This document shows positions 9,121 through 17,760 of a DNA stretch of 27,402 bases, piece by piece (the stretch's first letter is position 1; each line of letters opens with the position of its first letter). The translations under genes were made by a program, and so were the position numbers. The notes under the pieces are model-generated. The model had not been told where the DNA came from, ran no database searches, and saw nothing but the letters and a program-made list of their open reading frames with translations. Where the stretch lies: the NCBI GenBank assembly GCA_964347725.1, contig CAYGAB010000001.1, forward strand, positions 1 through 27,402, read 5' to 3'. Source of the DNA: an uncultured Candidatus Peribacteria bacterium. Lineage in GTDB: Bacteria > Patescibacteriota > Gracilibacteria > UBA1369 > 2-02-FULL-48-14.

Positions 9121-9510
9121 ATGAACGAAAGAAAACAGGCTGGAAATGGAAATGCAGAATTGAGCTACTTAGTCGGCGCATTGAGTGTGCTTGGCCTGAC
9201 GGGACTTGTAGTGGCGGACAACGTAAAGGAAGAGACGGCCGCCACTTGTGCGGCCATTGCCAACTCAAATGATTTGCCACAGCACCCCCTCGACGGAACC
9301 TTGGCGCATCTGGTTGCAAAATGTGCTGAATTGGGGGTACCTATTACAGAAGCTCAAATGGCAGAGGTGGTTGTGAAGTCTTTTTACGTGAGAGGGCTCG
9401 ACCACAGCCCCGATTTATTGCGAGAGGCTTTGAAGCTTGAGGAAGCTCGCACAAAGGTCAGCCTCTGGACTCAAGCTTGTCTGGCTGATGGCGGTATTGA
9501 CAAAAAATAA
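9121..9510 (+). CDS. Hypothetical protein with N-terminal transmembrane helix
   Basis: 129 aa; LSYLVGALSVLGLTGLVVA hydrophobic stretch; no family recognised. Confidence 0.6.
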   Translation: MNERKQAGNGNAELSYLVGALSVLGLTGLVVADNVKEETAATCAAIANSNDLPQHPLDGTLAHLVAKCAELGVPITEAQMAEVVVKSFYVRGLDHSPDLLREALKLEEARTKVSLWTQACLADGGIDKK

Positions 9511-9551
9511 AACAGTTGATAGGCTAACACCTTCAACATTTCAATCCTCCA

Positions 9552-9755
9552 ATGGAAAATGCGAATTCTCGAGAGAAAGCCGCAATGGCCCAGGCTGATA
9601 AGGATTTGGTTCCAGTTCAAGGGGCAACAATTTTAGTCATAGGTTTATTCGTAGCTACTTTTGTGGGATTGGCGTTGAATGAGGACTCAAAGGAAAGAGA
9701 TTTTCGCTCAGAAATCTGGAAACAATTAGTAATAAATTTGACTCGAAAGCCATGA
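9552..9755 (+). CDS. Small single-pass membrane protein
   Basis: 67 aa; ATILVIGLFVATFVGLAL helix; ATGA overlap with the next ORF. Confidence 0.55.
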   Translation: MENANSREKAAMAQADKDLVPVQGATILVIGLFVATFVGLALNEDSKERDFRSEIWKQLVINLTRKP

Positions 9756-10543
9756 GATCAGATCGAGTGGGCCAACTCCTTCAAACCCCTGTCGATGAAG
9801 CCGTTGAGTTGGCGCTCTCCATCCGAGCAAAGCAGGATGATTTGGATGAACTATTAAGTGGGACCTTAAATCCAGTTTTTATTGTGCCACAAGGAGTTTA
9901 TCCTGATTTTGCGGGTATTTCTAAAATTCGTGGGCAGCTTAACTTTACTATTCTCCATGGGTTTGGAGGAGAAGACGTGATTAATTTTGTCGAGAGGTCA
10001 GATGGGAATGGCGGACAAATCGTCGATTTTGGAGAGAAGTGTGTCAACGATGCGCCAAGTATGTTGCATATATCAATATCTGAGGAAGGCTTTAACGGTC
10101 AGCCCGTTTGTTTGTGGACGGTTGCCCATGGCGCCAATCCTGTGCACAGAGATTTTGGGCTATTTTTGAAAGCTTTGGAAGTGTGGCCCAACACAGGTCG
10201 GCAGCAAATCATCCGCTCGGATGCCAATGTTCCGTCTTTGCTCAAAGCCCTTCCCTTCTGTTTGTCCAGTTTTAAAAACGGGTGCGCTTTGTTGGGCTTG
10301 CCACACGCAACTTTTAAACAAAGAGCAGAAGCTTTGACGGAAGTGCTCAGACTATTTTATGCCACCAAAGGTTACGAACCAATATCGATTTCTATTGCAA
10401 AAACCCAGCAAAGGCATGCGAAGAGCATGAGGGATGAAATTGGGTATTTGGGCTTTCTCTTCAAAAGAGAATTGACAAAAATGGGGCATTCCCCACAAGG
10501 GATTGAAGAAATTTGCCAGCAGCTGGGGTTGAGGAAGGAGTAA
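9752..10543 (+). CDS. Hypothetical protein
   Basis: 263-aa ORF coupled to the upstream ORF and followed by a hairpin; no family confidently recognised. Confidence 0.65.
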   Translation: MRSDRVGQLLQTPVDEAVELALSIRAKQDDLDELLSGTLNPVFIVPQGVYPDFAGISKIRGQLNFTILHGFGGEDVINFVERSDGNGGQIVDFGEKCVNDAPSMLHISISEEGFNGQPVCLWTVAHGANPVHRDFGLFLKALEVWPNTGRQQIIRSDANVPSLLKALPFCLSSFKNGCALLGLPHATFKQRAEALTEVLRLFYATKGYEPISISIAKTQQRHAKSMRDEIGYLGFLFKRELTKMGHSPQGIEEICQQLGLRKE

Positions 10544-10552
10544 CGGCCGTCA

Positions 10553-10576
10553 AAAAGTCTGCCCGGGCAGACTTTT
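10553..10576. terminator. Perfect 24-bp palindrome, probable intrinsic terminator insulating the trp promoter
   Basis: AAAAGTCTGCCCGGGCAGACTTTT is its own reverse complement, with A/T tracts on both sides, 9 nt after the 10543 stop. Confidence 0.65.
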
Positions 10577-10586
10577 GGGAATCCTC

Positions 10587-10615
10587 TTGACTTCCGGTCA
10601 CCACAAGCGTACTGT
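10587..10615 (+). promoter_or_regulatory. trp operon promoter (TTGACT-17-TACTGT)
   Basis: -35 at 10587-10592, exact 17-nt spacer, -10 at 10610-10615 embedded in the operator. Confidence 0.75.
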
Positions 10616-10626
10616 TCGATCAGTAC
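10609..10626. promoter_or_regulatory. TrpR operator (GTACT-N8-AGTAC)
   Basis: GTACTGTTCGATCAGTAC is a near-perfect 18-bp palindrome with the same half-sites and 8-nt spacing as enterobacterial TrpR operators; directly upstream of trpR. Confidence 0.85.
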
Positions 10627-10643
10627 AGCTTAGCTTTCTCCTC

Positions 10644-10904
10644 ATGAATCAGCAGCACTTGAAAGAATTGGGCGGACTCTTGGTTGGATTGAACACCAGA
10701 GAAGAAGCGCTCGCCATGCTCAAAGATTTACTCACGGATTCTGAACTGGAATCGGTGGCGGAGCGGGTGCAGATTCTCAAGCTTCTGAGCCAAGGAATGC
10801 CCCACCGCAAGATCAGTGAAACGCTGGGAGTCAGCATTTCAAAAGTGACGCGCGGGTCCCATTGGCTACAGGCCAACCCTGCCATTGCCAGTAAAATCGC
10901 TTAA
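10644..10904 (+). CDS. trpR: Trp repressor (TrpR family)
   Basis: DLLTDSELESVAERV...GMPHRKISETLGVSISKVTRGS aligns with E. coli TrpR, including the T44/R54/R84 equivalents. ATG at 10644. Confidence 0.9.
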   Translation: MNQQHLKELGGLLVGLNTREEALAMLKDLLTDSELESVAERVQILKLLSQGMPHRKISETLGVSISKVTRGSHWLQANPAIASKIA

Positions 10905-10919
10905 TTTTTTTTACCTCAC

Positions 10920-12281
10920 ATGTACCGATCAACCAATACGTCCGTCACCCCCAAGTTCAAAAAGTTTCCGCTGGACGAACGTCTCACATTGCCAGTGTTG
11001 TTTGAACAGCTCACGGCCGATCAGCCAGAAGCATTTTTGTTTGAAAGTGCCGACAATGTGGGCGGGAAAGGCCGCTATTCTTATCTGGGTTTTGACCCTG
11101 CCAAGCGTTTTGTGTTTGAAGCGGGAGCCAAGGAGAATCCGCTGGAAATCTTGCGCCACTTTTGCCAAGAAATAGAATTCCACAAGAGTCCGGAACTGCC
11201 GCCTTTTCAGGGTGGATTCGTGGGCTATTTCAGTTATGAAGTGGGCCGACATTTTGAAGACCTGAATTTGCCCTTGGACGGAGCCAAAATTCCGGAAGGG
11301 ATTTTTTTCTTGCCTCAACAAATGGTCGCCATAGACCACAATCTCAAGGAACTATTTTTGATCGCCACCACACAAGAAGCGTTGGAAAGATTGGAGGCAA
11401 AATTCCGAAACGTGGACTTGTCGCTCAAAAAAATAAAAGCGAGTGATGAGCTCGATCGGTCAGATGAATCGGCAGCGCACGAAGACGAAGAAGCACGGTT
11501 GTTAGAAGGCATTGCCATGGCTCAAGAACGAATCAAAGCTGGAGAGATTTTTCAGGTGGTGCTGAGCCGAGGGTTCCAAAGAAAAACCAATTTAAGTCCA
11601 CTGGAGTTGTACGCTCGTTTGCGTTTGGCCTCCCCCTCGCCCTACATGTTTTTTCTGAAATTTGCCGATTTTTGCATTGCCGGCGCTTCTCCAGAAACCC
11701 AGGTGAAGATTCAAGATCGGCAGGTCATGGTGAGGCCCATTGCGGGAACTCGTCGTCGAGGTAGAACTCCGCTGGAAGATCTGGAGCTGGCTGAAGAACT
11801 GAGTCAAGACCCAAAAGAATTGGCCGAACACCAAATGTTGGTGGACTTGGCTCGCAACGACGTGGGCCGAGTGGCCAAACCCGGAACCGTGAGAGTCAGT
11901 CAGCACAAGGACATTCAAAAATTTAGCCACGTCATGCACATGGTTTCAGAAGTGCGAGGAGAACAATCTGAAGACAAAGATCTCTTTGATGTATTTCAAG
12001 CCAGTTTTCCGGCGGGAACTTTGTCTGGCGCACCCAAAGTGAGGGCCATGAAAATCATTGCCGAATTGGAAGCCAAACCACGAGACATTTATGGAGGTGC
12101 GGTGGGCTACTTCGGTCTGGACGGAAACATGGACTTGGCCATCGCCATCCGCACCATGCTCATCAAAGACGGAACCGTGACTTTCCGAACGGGAGCTGGA
12201 ATTGTGCACGACTCTCAGCCGAATTTGGAACACAAAGAGTGCCTCAACAAAGCGCAAGGAATTTTAACCGCTCTCCAATGA
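10920..12281 (+). CDS. trpE: Anthranilate synthase component I
   Basis: LFESA and SPSPYMF (Trp-feedback motifs), GEIFQVVLS, RPIAGT, EHQMLVDLARND, FPAGTLSGAPK, GAGIV. Confidence 0.95.
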   Translation: MYRSTNTSVTPKFKKFPLDERLTLPVLFEQLTADQPEAFLFESADNVGGKGRYSYLGFDPAKRFVFEAGAKENPLEILRHFCQEIEFHKSPELPPFQGGFVGYFSYEVGRHFEDLNLPLDGAKIPEGIFFLPQQMVAIDHNLKELFLIATTQEALERLEAKFRNVDLSLKKIKASDELDRSDESAAHEDEEARLLEGIAMAQERIKAGEIFQVVLSRGFQRKTNLSPLELYARLRLASPSPYMFFLKFADFCIAGASPETQVKIQDRQVMVRPIAGTRRRGRTPLEDLELAEELSQDPKELAEHQMLVDLARNDVGRVAKPGTVRVSQHKDIQKFSHVMHMVSEVRGEQSEDKDLFDVFQASFPAGTLSGAPKVRAMKIIAELEAKPRDIYGGAVGYFGLDGNMDLAIAIRTMLIKDGTVTFRTGAGIVHDSQPNLEHKECLNKAQGILTALQ

Positions 12282-13783
12282 TCCAGCCACTGAAGACCCT
12301 CATCATCGACAACTTTGATTCTTTCACCTACAACCTAGTCCAGCTTTGTGCGGAGCTGGGCGGCAATCCAGAAGTCAGGCGCAACAAGGCCATCACTTTG
12401 AAAGAAATTGAAGCTGGCAACTACACCCACATCATTTTGTCCCCCGGCCCCGGCACCCCAGAAAACCCGGAAGATTTTGGAGTGTGTGCGGAGGTGATTC
12501 AGTCGGGGTCATGCCTCGTTCCCGTTTTGGGAGTTTGCCTTGGACACCAAGGAATCATCGCAGGTTTGGGAGGGAAAATCCTTCGAGCGCCCGTCCCCAT
12601 GCACGGAAAATCCAGCCGCATTCGAGTCGATTCCACTCACCCACTTTTTTCTGGATTGGGCGAAGAGCTGGAAGTCATGCGTTACCATTCTCTCATCGGC
12701 GAGCGAGCAAGTTTGCCAGAGGATTTAGACGTGATCGCCGAAACGGAGGACGGCTTGGTCATGGCGGTGAGCAGCAAAACTCGGCCTTTGTACGGAGTGC
12801 AGTTTCACCCAGAAAGTGTGGGCACGCCGGACGGACGGAAAATCCTGGAGAATTTCTTGAACGTGAATACCGAACAACTCTTGAGGAACATGGCTCAGCG
12901 TGGCGAAAGCGCCGAAGAGTTGAGTCTATTCTTGAAGGAGTTCAAATCAAAATCGGTGCCCTTTCCTATTGAAGCGGAAGAGTCGAAGGAAGTGATGGAC
13001 ATCTGTGGAACGGGAGGTTCTGGCTTGGCTCGTATGAACCTCTCGACGACGGTGGCTTTTGTTTTGGCGGCAGGCGGAGTGAAGGTGGCCAAACACGGAA
13101 ATAAAGCGGGGTCCGGTCGCTGCGGAAGTTTTGATCTTTTGGAAGCTTTGGGAGTTCGAACGGAGCTTAGTCCTCCAACCTTGCGCCGTTCACTCGAGCA
13201 ATTCGATCTGGTGTTTTTATTTGCGCCAGCCTTCCACCCGAGCATGAAGCAATTTGCAGAAATTCGAAAAAAAATAGCGCACCGCACGATTTTCAATCTG
13301 CTGGGACCCTTGCTCAATCCAGCCAATCCGGGATTTCAGTTGATCGGAACCACCGATGCCAAGACGGCGGAAACGCTCATGGCTGTTTTGCAAAAATCAA
13401 CCGAGAAAACTGCGATGGTGCTGCACAACGAAAGCGGTCTGGACGAAGCCATTGTGCACGGCCCGACTCAAATTCTTGAACTCAAAGACGGACAAATCAG
13501 CCGATGGGTTTTAGACCCAAAATCACTTGGACTTGGACACCCTCAAGCCCCTGAAATCGACTGGAAAAAGGCAAGCCCAGTGGACACGAATGTCCAGCTC
13601 TTTGACGACTTGCTCCACAAAAAAACGCCCGGACCTTTGATGGATCAACTGCTCCTCAATGCGGCGCTCGCCTTCAAATTGCGTGGCCGAGTGGCCAGCC
13701 TGGAAGACGGGGTGACATTGGCAAGAAATCTCATTCAAAGCGGCGCTGCTTTCCAAACTTTTCTAAACCACCAATCTTTATGA
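12278..13783 (+). CDS. trpG-trpD: Fused anthranilate synthase component II (GATase) and anthranilate phosphoribosyltransferase
   Basis: [31 protein letters not shown]; then [32 protein letters not shown]. Start at ATG 12278 (ATGA overlap with trpE). Confidence 0.93.
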   Translation: MIQPLKTLIIDNFDSFTYNLVQLCAELGGNPEVRRNKAITLKEIEAGNYTHIILSPGPGTPENPEDFGVCAEVIQSGSCLVPVLGVCLGHQGIIAGLGGKILRAPVPMHGKSSRIRVDSTHPLFSGLGEELEVMRYHSLIGERASLPEDLDVIAETEDGLVMAVSSKTRPLYGVQFHPESVGTPDGRKILENFLNVNTEQLLRNMAQRGESAEELSLFLKEFKSKSVPFPIEAEESKEVMDICGTGGSGLARMNLSTTVAFVLAAGGVKVAKHGNKAGSGRCGSFDLLEALGVRTELSPPTLRRSLEQFDLVFLFAPAFHPSMKQFAEIRKKIAHRTIFNLLGPLLNPANPGFQLIGTTDAKTAETLMAVLQKSTEKTAMVLHNESGLDEAIVHGPTQILELKDGQISRWVLDPKSLGLGHPQAPEIDWKKASPVDTNVQLFDDLLHKKTPGPLMDQLLLNAALAFKLRGRVASLEDGVTLARNLIQSGAAFQTFLNHQSL

Positions 13784-15603
13784 ACGCATTTTACCAAGCC
13801 ATTCACGGCAAAGATCAGATTTCCATCATTGCGGAAATCAAAAAAGCCTCCCCCAGCCACGGGCCTTTTGGCCGTCACGCCGAACTGGATTTGATTCGCG
13901 CTTACGAATCGGCCGGAGCCAGTGCCATTTCCGTGGTGACAGAAGCACCTCGTTTTCAAGGGAGCATGGACTTGCTCAGGCGCGTGGTTCAAGCCACTTC
14001 ATTGCCAGTCATTCGCAAGGATTTTCTGACGCAAACTCAAGACATAGATGAAACGGCAGAGGCCGGTGCGTCGGCGGTTTTGCTCATCGCTCATTTGCTC
14101 AGTGTTCAGGAATTGGGGGCCATGATTCGCCACGCCCTCAAAAAAAATCTCATGCCATTGGTGGAATTGCACGACCAAGCCGATGTGGAAAAAATGAAAT
14201 CGCTCGGGCAAATTCCTGGGGTGGTTTTGGGCATCAACAATCGCGATTTGCAGACCTTGAAAACGGACGTGGACCACGCCCTTTCTTTGCTCGCCGAACT
14301 AGATCCTTTTTATCCCGTGGTGGCGGAAAGTGCTTTTGCGGAGGCCTCTCAACTGGAACCCTACTTTGGAAAAGTGGACGCCGCTTTGGTGGGCACCGCT
14401 TTTTTAACGGCGGAAGATCCTCAGGCCAAAGTGACATCTTTTGTCCACGCCGGAAACAAGGCCTACTTTGGGAATTACGGCGGACAATTCGTGAACGAAA
14501 TGTTGGTGCCCGTGCTCAAAGAAGTGGAGGAAGCTTTTGAACGATTTTGCGCCGATTCAACTCAGCAAGCCGAACTCGCCGATCTGCTCAAAAACTTTGC
14601 TGGTCGAGAAACACCCCTCACCCACGCGCGCAATCTTTCGAAGGAATTGGGCTTTCAGCTCTATCTAAAGCGCGAGGACTTATTGCACGGCGGAGCCCAC
14701 AAAACCAACAACGCGCTGGGGCAGGTTTTGCTGGCCAAGTTCATGGGCAAGAAAGAAATCATTGCGGAAACGGGAGCGGGACAGCATGGAGTGGCGACGG
14801 CCTTGGCCGGAGCCATGATGGGTTTGCCCGTCAAAATCTTCATGGGATCCGTGGACATTGAACGGCAGCAGCCCAACGCCCTCCGCATGAAATTGTTTGG
14901 CGCAGAACTCATTCCAGTAGAAACGGGATCCAAAACCCTCAAAGACGCGATCAATGAAGCCCTGCGCTATTACGTGGCGCACAACCAAGAAGTCTATTAC
15001 GTTTTTGGCACGGCGGCGGGACCTCATCCCTTTCCACGTTTGGTGAGCCACTTTCAATCGGTGATCGGCAAAGAAGCTCGTGCGCAAATTTTGGAGCGAA
15101 CCGGAAAACTCCCCAATAAAATTGTGGCCTGCGTGGGGGGTGGAAGCAACGCCATCGGCATTTTTTCCGCTTTTTTGAAGGACGAAAATGTTGAGCTGAT
15201 CGGCGTGGAGCCTGCGTTGGGCGCACCTCTCCAAAATGGAAGTCCCGGCATTGTGCACGGAGCCCTTTCCTATCTCATGCAAGACGAACACGGCCAGGTC
15301 ACAGAAAGCCACAGTTGCGCCGCTGGCCTGGACTACCCCGGCGTTGGCCCAGAACACAGCTTTCTCAAAGACCAAGGCCGAGCCAAGTACCTCTCCATCA
15401 CAGACGCAGAAGCCCTGCACGCGCTCCAAGTCCTTTGCCAAAAAGAAGGCATTTTGCCAGCGCTGGAATCGTCCCACGCTTTGGCTCAAGCTCTTAAATT
15501 CAAAGGGCAATTGGGCTCAGAGGACATCGTGATCGTTAATTTGTCTGGCCGTGGAGACAAAGACCTGGCCCAAGTGAACGAACTCCTAACCCAAATCCAA
15601 TGA
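13780..15603 (+). CDS. trpC-trpB: Fused indole-3-glycerol-phosphate synthase and tryptophan synthase beta chain
   Basis: [25 protein letters not shown], then in frame [24 protein letters not shown] (PLP lysine), [37 protein letters not shown]. No stop or TrpF sequence between the two domains. Confidence 0.93.
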   Translation: MNAFYQAIHGKDQISIIAEIKKASPSHGPFGRHAELDLIRAYESAGASAISVVTEAPRFQGSMDLLRRVVQATSLPVIRKDFLTQTQDIDETAEAGASAVLLIAHLLSVQELGAMIRHALKKNLMPLVELHDQADVEKMKSLGQIPGVVLGINNRDLQTLKTDVDHALSLLAELDPFYPVVAESAFAEASQLEPYFGKVDAALVGTAFLTAEDPQAKVTSFVHAGNKAYFGNYGGQFVNEMLVPVLKEVEEAFERFCADSTQQAELADLLKNFAGRETPLTHARNLSKELGFQLYLKREDLLHGGAHKTNNALGQVLLAKFMGKKEIIAETGAGQHGVATALAGAMMGLPVKIFMGSVDIERQQPNALRMKLFGAELIPVETGSKTLKDAINEALRYYVAHNQEVYYVFGTAAGPHPFPRLVSHFQSVIGKEARAQILERTGKLPNKIVACVGGGSNAIGIFSAFLKDENVELIGVEPALGAPLQNGSPGIVHGALSYLMQDEHGQVTESHSCAAGLDYPGVGPEHSFLKDQGRAKYLSITDAEALHALQVLCQKEGILPALESSHALAQALKFKGQLGSEDIVIVNLSGRGDKDLAQVNELLTQIQ

Positions 15604-16367
15604 AAGACCGCTACCAAGAAACTTTTGCCAGTCTGCGCCGAGAAAACAAAAAAGCCTTCTGTGCTTTTGCCGTTTTGGGCGATCCAAATCCAGAGGAATG
15701 TCTTCAGCGAATCCAAGAAATGTTGAAGGCCAAGCCCGATATTTTAGAACTCGGCATTCCCTTTTCGGATCCAGTGGCGGATGGCCCTGTCATTCAAGCC
15801 GCCGACGAACGAGCCTTAAAATCTGGAACCACGCCAAAATCCGCTCTGCAACTCTTGTCAAAAATTCGTCTCCAAACAGAGGTGCCGATTGGACTTTTGG
15901 TCTACGCCAACACGGTTTTTAAATACGGAATTGACCGATTTTACTCTGATGCCAAAAAGGCCGGCGCGGACAGCATTTTGATCGCCGATGTGCCTTTGGA
16001 AGAAATCCAGCCCTTCGCCGATTCGGCCAAAACTCACCAAATCCATCAAGTCATGATGTTGAGTGAAAACACCTCCACCGAACGCCTCAAACAACTCGAA
16101 CGCGTGGGCAGTGGATTTTTTTACGTGGTTTCTCAGATGGGCGTGACCGGGGACCGCCAAGGCCTCAATCCAAAAGTGGCGGAGCTTCTGGCACGATTCA
16201 AGTCCAGCACCAAAATCCCACTCCTTCTGGGATTTGGCATTTCGACGTCCGACCACATCCGAACTCTGAAAAACGCTCCCGTGGACGGATTGATCGTGGG
16301 AAGTGCGCTCGTCAAAACGCCAACCCATGAGCTGTTTGAAACCTTAAACGAACTCATCCATGCTTGA
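15600..16367 (+). CDS. trpA: Tryptophan synthase alpha chain
   Basis: [19 protein letters not shown] (catalytic Glu/Asp), GVTG, GFGIS, IVGSALV. Confidence 0.97.
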   Translation: MKDRYQETFASLRRENKKAFCAFAVLGDPNPEECLQRIQEMLKAKPDILELGIPFSDPVADGPVIQAADERALKSGTTPKSALQLLSKIRLQTEVPIGLLVYANTVFKYGIDRFYSDAKKAGADSILIADVPLEEIQPFADSAKTHQIHQVMMLSENTSTERLKQLERVGSGFFYVVSQMGVTGDRQGLNPKVAELLARFKSSTKIPLLLGFGISTSDHIRTLKNAPVDGLIVGSALVKTPTHELFETLNELIHA

Positions 16368-16851
16368 CCAAGACGCCACCGTTTTCACTTATTGTTACTC
16401 TCGCACGGTCTTTGCGATTTTAAAACAAGCCCAGCAAAAGGGACACAAAATTCAGGTTTTGCTTCCAGAAACTCGACCCAACTTCACGGGCCGACTCATG
16501 GCCAAAGCCCTTTTGGAAGCCGAAATTCCCGTCACTTTTTTCCCCGATATCCTGTCCTACGAACAGATGAAACGCGCCGATTTATTCCTCTTTGGCGTGG
16601 ATTTTATGGCTCCAGATGGGCGAATCCTCAACAAGGCTGGAACCGCCACCTTGGTTCAACTGGCGCGCCAGCTCAAAGTCCCCACCTTTGCCTGCACCTC
16701 TCCCAAAAAAACCGTCTCCCTTGAAGCTTTTCTTGCCGCGCAAAAACTCACCCGCCCTTCCTCCGAACTTTGGCCAGACGCTCCCGACTCGCCAAACCTC
16801 ACCTTGCTTTCCCCCGCTTACGATTTGGTGGACGGAGTGGACATTTGGTAA
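16360..16851 (+). CDS. IF-2B / MtnA / ribose-1,5-bisphosphate-isomerase family protein, C-terminal Rossmann domain only
   Basis: TVFTYCYS, ETRP..TGR, IPVTFFPD, LFGVD, GRILNKAGT, VPTF match the family core; 163 aa with the N-terminal helical domain absent; 8-nt overlap (ATGCTTGA) with trpA. Confidence 0.85.
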   Translation: MLDQDATVFTYCYSRTVFAILKQAQQKGHKIQVLLPETRPNFTGRLMAKALLEAEIPVTFFPDILSYEQMKRADLFLFGVDFMAPDGRILNKAGTATLVQLARQLKVPTFACTSPKKTVSLEAFLAAQKLTRPSSELWPDAPDSPNLTLLSPAYDLVDGVDIW

Positions 16852-16873
16852 CGACTGGCGCGGCCTTCACCCA

Positions 16874-16900
16874 AATCAAATGCAATGGATGTATTTGATT
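16874..16900. terminator. Inverted repeat after the trp operon (terminator or protein-binding site)
   Basis: AATCAAATGCA-atgga-TGTATTTGATT: 11-bp arms with one G:U-compatible mismatch, 22 nt after the last operon stop. AT-rich with no clean U-tract. Confidence 0.4.
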
Positions 16901-16922
16901 GTATGTGATTACATGCGATTCC

Positions 16923-16954
16923 GCTTGACTAAACCACAATTCAGTTTATCATTT
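16923..16954 (+). promoter_or_regulatory. Junction motif copy 1 / sigma70 promoter (TTGACT-16-TATCAT)
   Basis: gcTTGACTaaaccacaattcagttTATCATtt; 25/32 identical to 17705-17736. Confidence 0.65.
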
Positions 16955-16982
16955 CCGCTAAATCCCGAACCTACATTCAAGC

Positions 16983-17714
16983 GTGAAAAAGCAACATGTT
17001 GATTTAAGTCACCTCACAGGCCCTCGGTCAACTGAATTATTGTTGGATTGGCAGGAAATGGGCCGTGAGCCAAATCGCAGGGAAAATTATTCGAACGCAT
17101 CTGGTCTCCCAGAAGAATTGGTCATGGCCCTGTCTACTCTGCAGCAGGCGATTCAAGCACAAATACAGTTTCCACACAGTATGTCTAATTTGATGAGGCT
17201 CACTTCTGCGGCAGTGAAGTCCAGCAGTGCTACTTTCGTCAGAACCTCCACGTGGACGATCAAGGGCTTGGTAAACCCTAAAAAAAGAAGAGCTGGACGA
17301 GATTTATATACAGAAGCCGTGGTGGCTTGTTCCATTGCCTTGGGAAGATTGTCTTTAGGGAGTGACGAGCTGAATTCATTTGGGGTGGCACAAAGGGAGC
17401 TCACGCACAGTCGAGGCCTAGAGGAATTGAAAAGCAAATGGGCGGCAGAAGGGATAACAACCGTTGACATCAACGGGCTGGACAGGAGCAAGGCTTTGAA
17501 ACATCTGGGAGACAGGAACAGAAGGCTTTCCCAAAAGGATTTGGCACTGTTGCGTGCACCTGGAGATTTGAGAAGTTTAGAACGTCGTGCAGAGGCTGAA
17601 GCCAGCACGTGGTCTCCAGAAGTTCTCAGCCCAATCGCCCGGAGCAGCTTTCTGACCGCTGTGGACCACGCTGCGGAACGGAGGCAGCGAAAAGGGCTCA
17701 AAAGGCTTGACTAA
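16983..17714 (+). CDS. Hypothetical protein, paralog of the downstream gene (shared C-terminal motif)
   Basis: 243 aa, GTG start; EASTWSPEVLSPIARSSFLT at 17598-17657. Confidence 0.7.
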   Translation: MKKQHVDLSHLTGPRSTELLLDWQEMGREPNRRENYSNASGLPEELVMALSTLQQAIQAQIQFPHSMSNLMRLTSAAVKSSSATFVRTSTWTIKGLVNPKKRRAGRDLYTEAVVACSIALGRLSLGSDELNSFGVAQRELTHSRGLEELKSKWAAEGITTVDINGLDRSKALKHLGDRNRRLSQKDLALLRAPGDLRSLERRAEAEASTWSPEVLSPIARSSFLTAVDHAAERRQRKGLKRLD

Positions 17715-17736
17715 GCCAATATTTCGGTTATTATTT
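17705..17736 (+). promoter_or_regulatory. Junction motif copy 2 / sigma70 promoter (TTGACT-16-TATTAT) overlapping the upstream stop codon
   Basis: gcTTGACTaagccaatatttcggtTATTATtt; the TAA stop (17712-17714) lies at the end of the -35 box. Confidence 0.65.
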
Positions 17737-17760
17737 TTTCCAAAATTTGAGATTAAATCC

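Noticed and set aside
9752-10543. ILHGFGG and WTVAHG suggested an alpha/beta-hydrolase or caspase-like protease
   Set aside because: No GxSxG nucleophile elbow or properly placed catalytic Cys motif; left as hypothetical.
10616-10919. Possible trp leader peptide or attenuator
   Set aside because: No Trp-codon uORF or terminator between the promoter and trpE, and the intergenic spaces are too short.
10920-12281. PabB (folate pathway) instead of TrpE
   Set aside because: Has the TrpE-type LFES and SPYM motifs and sits in a trp operon.
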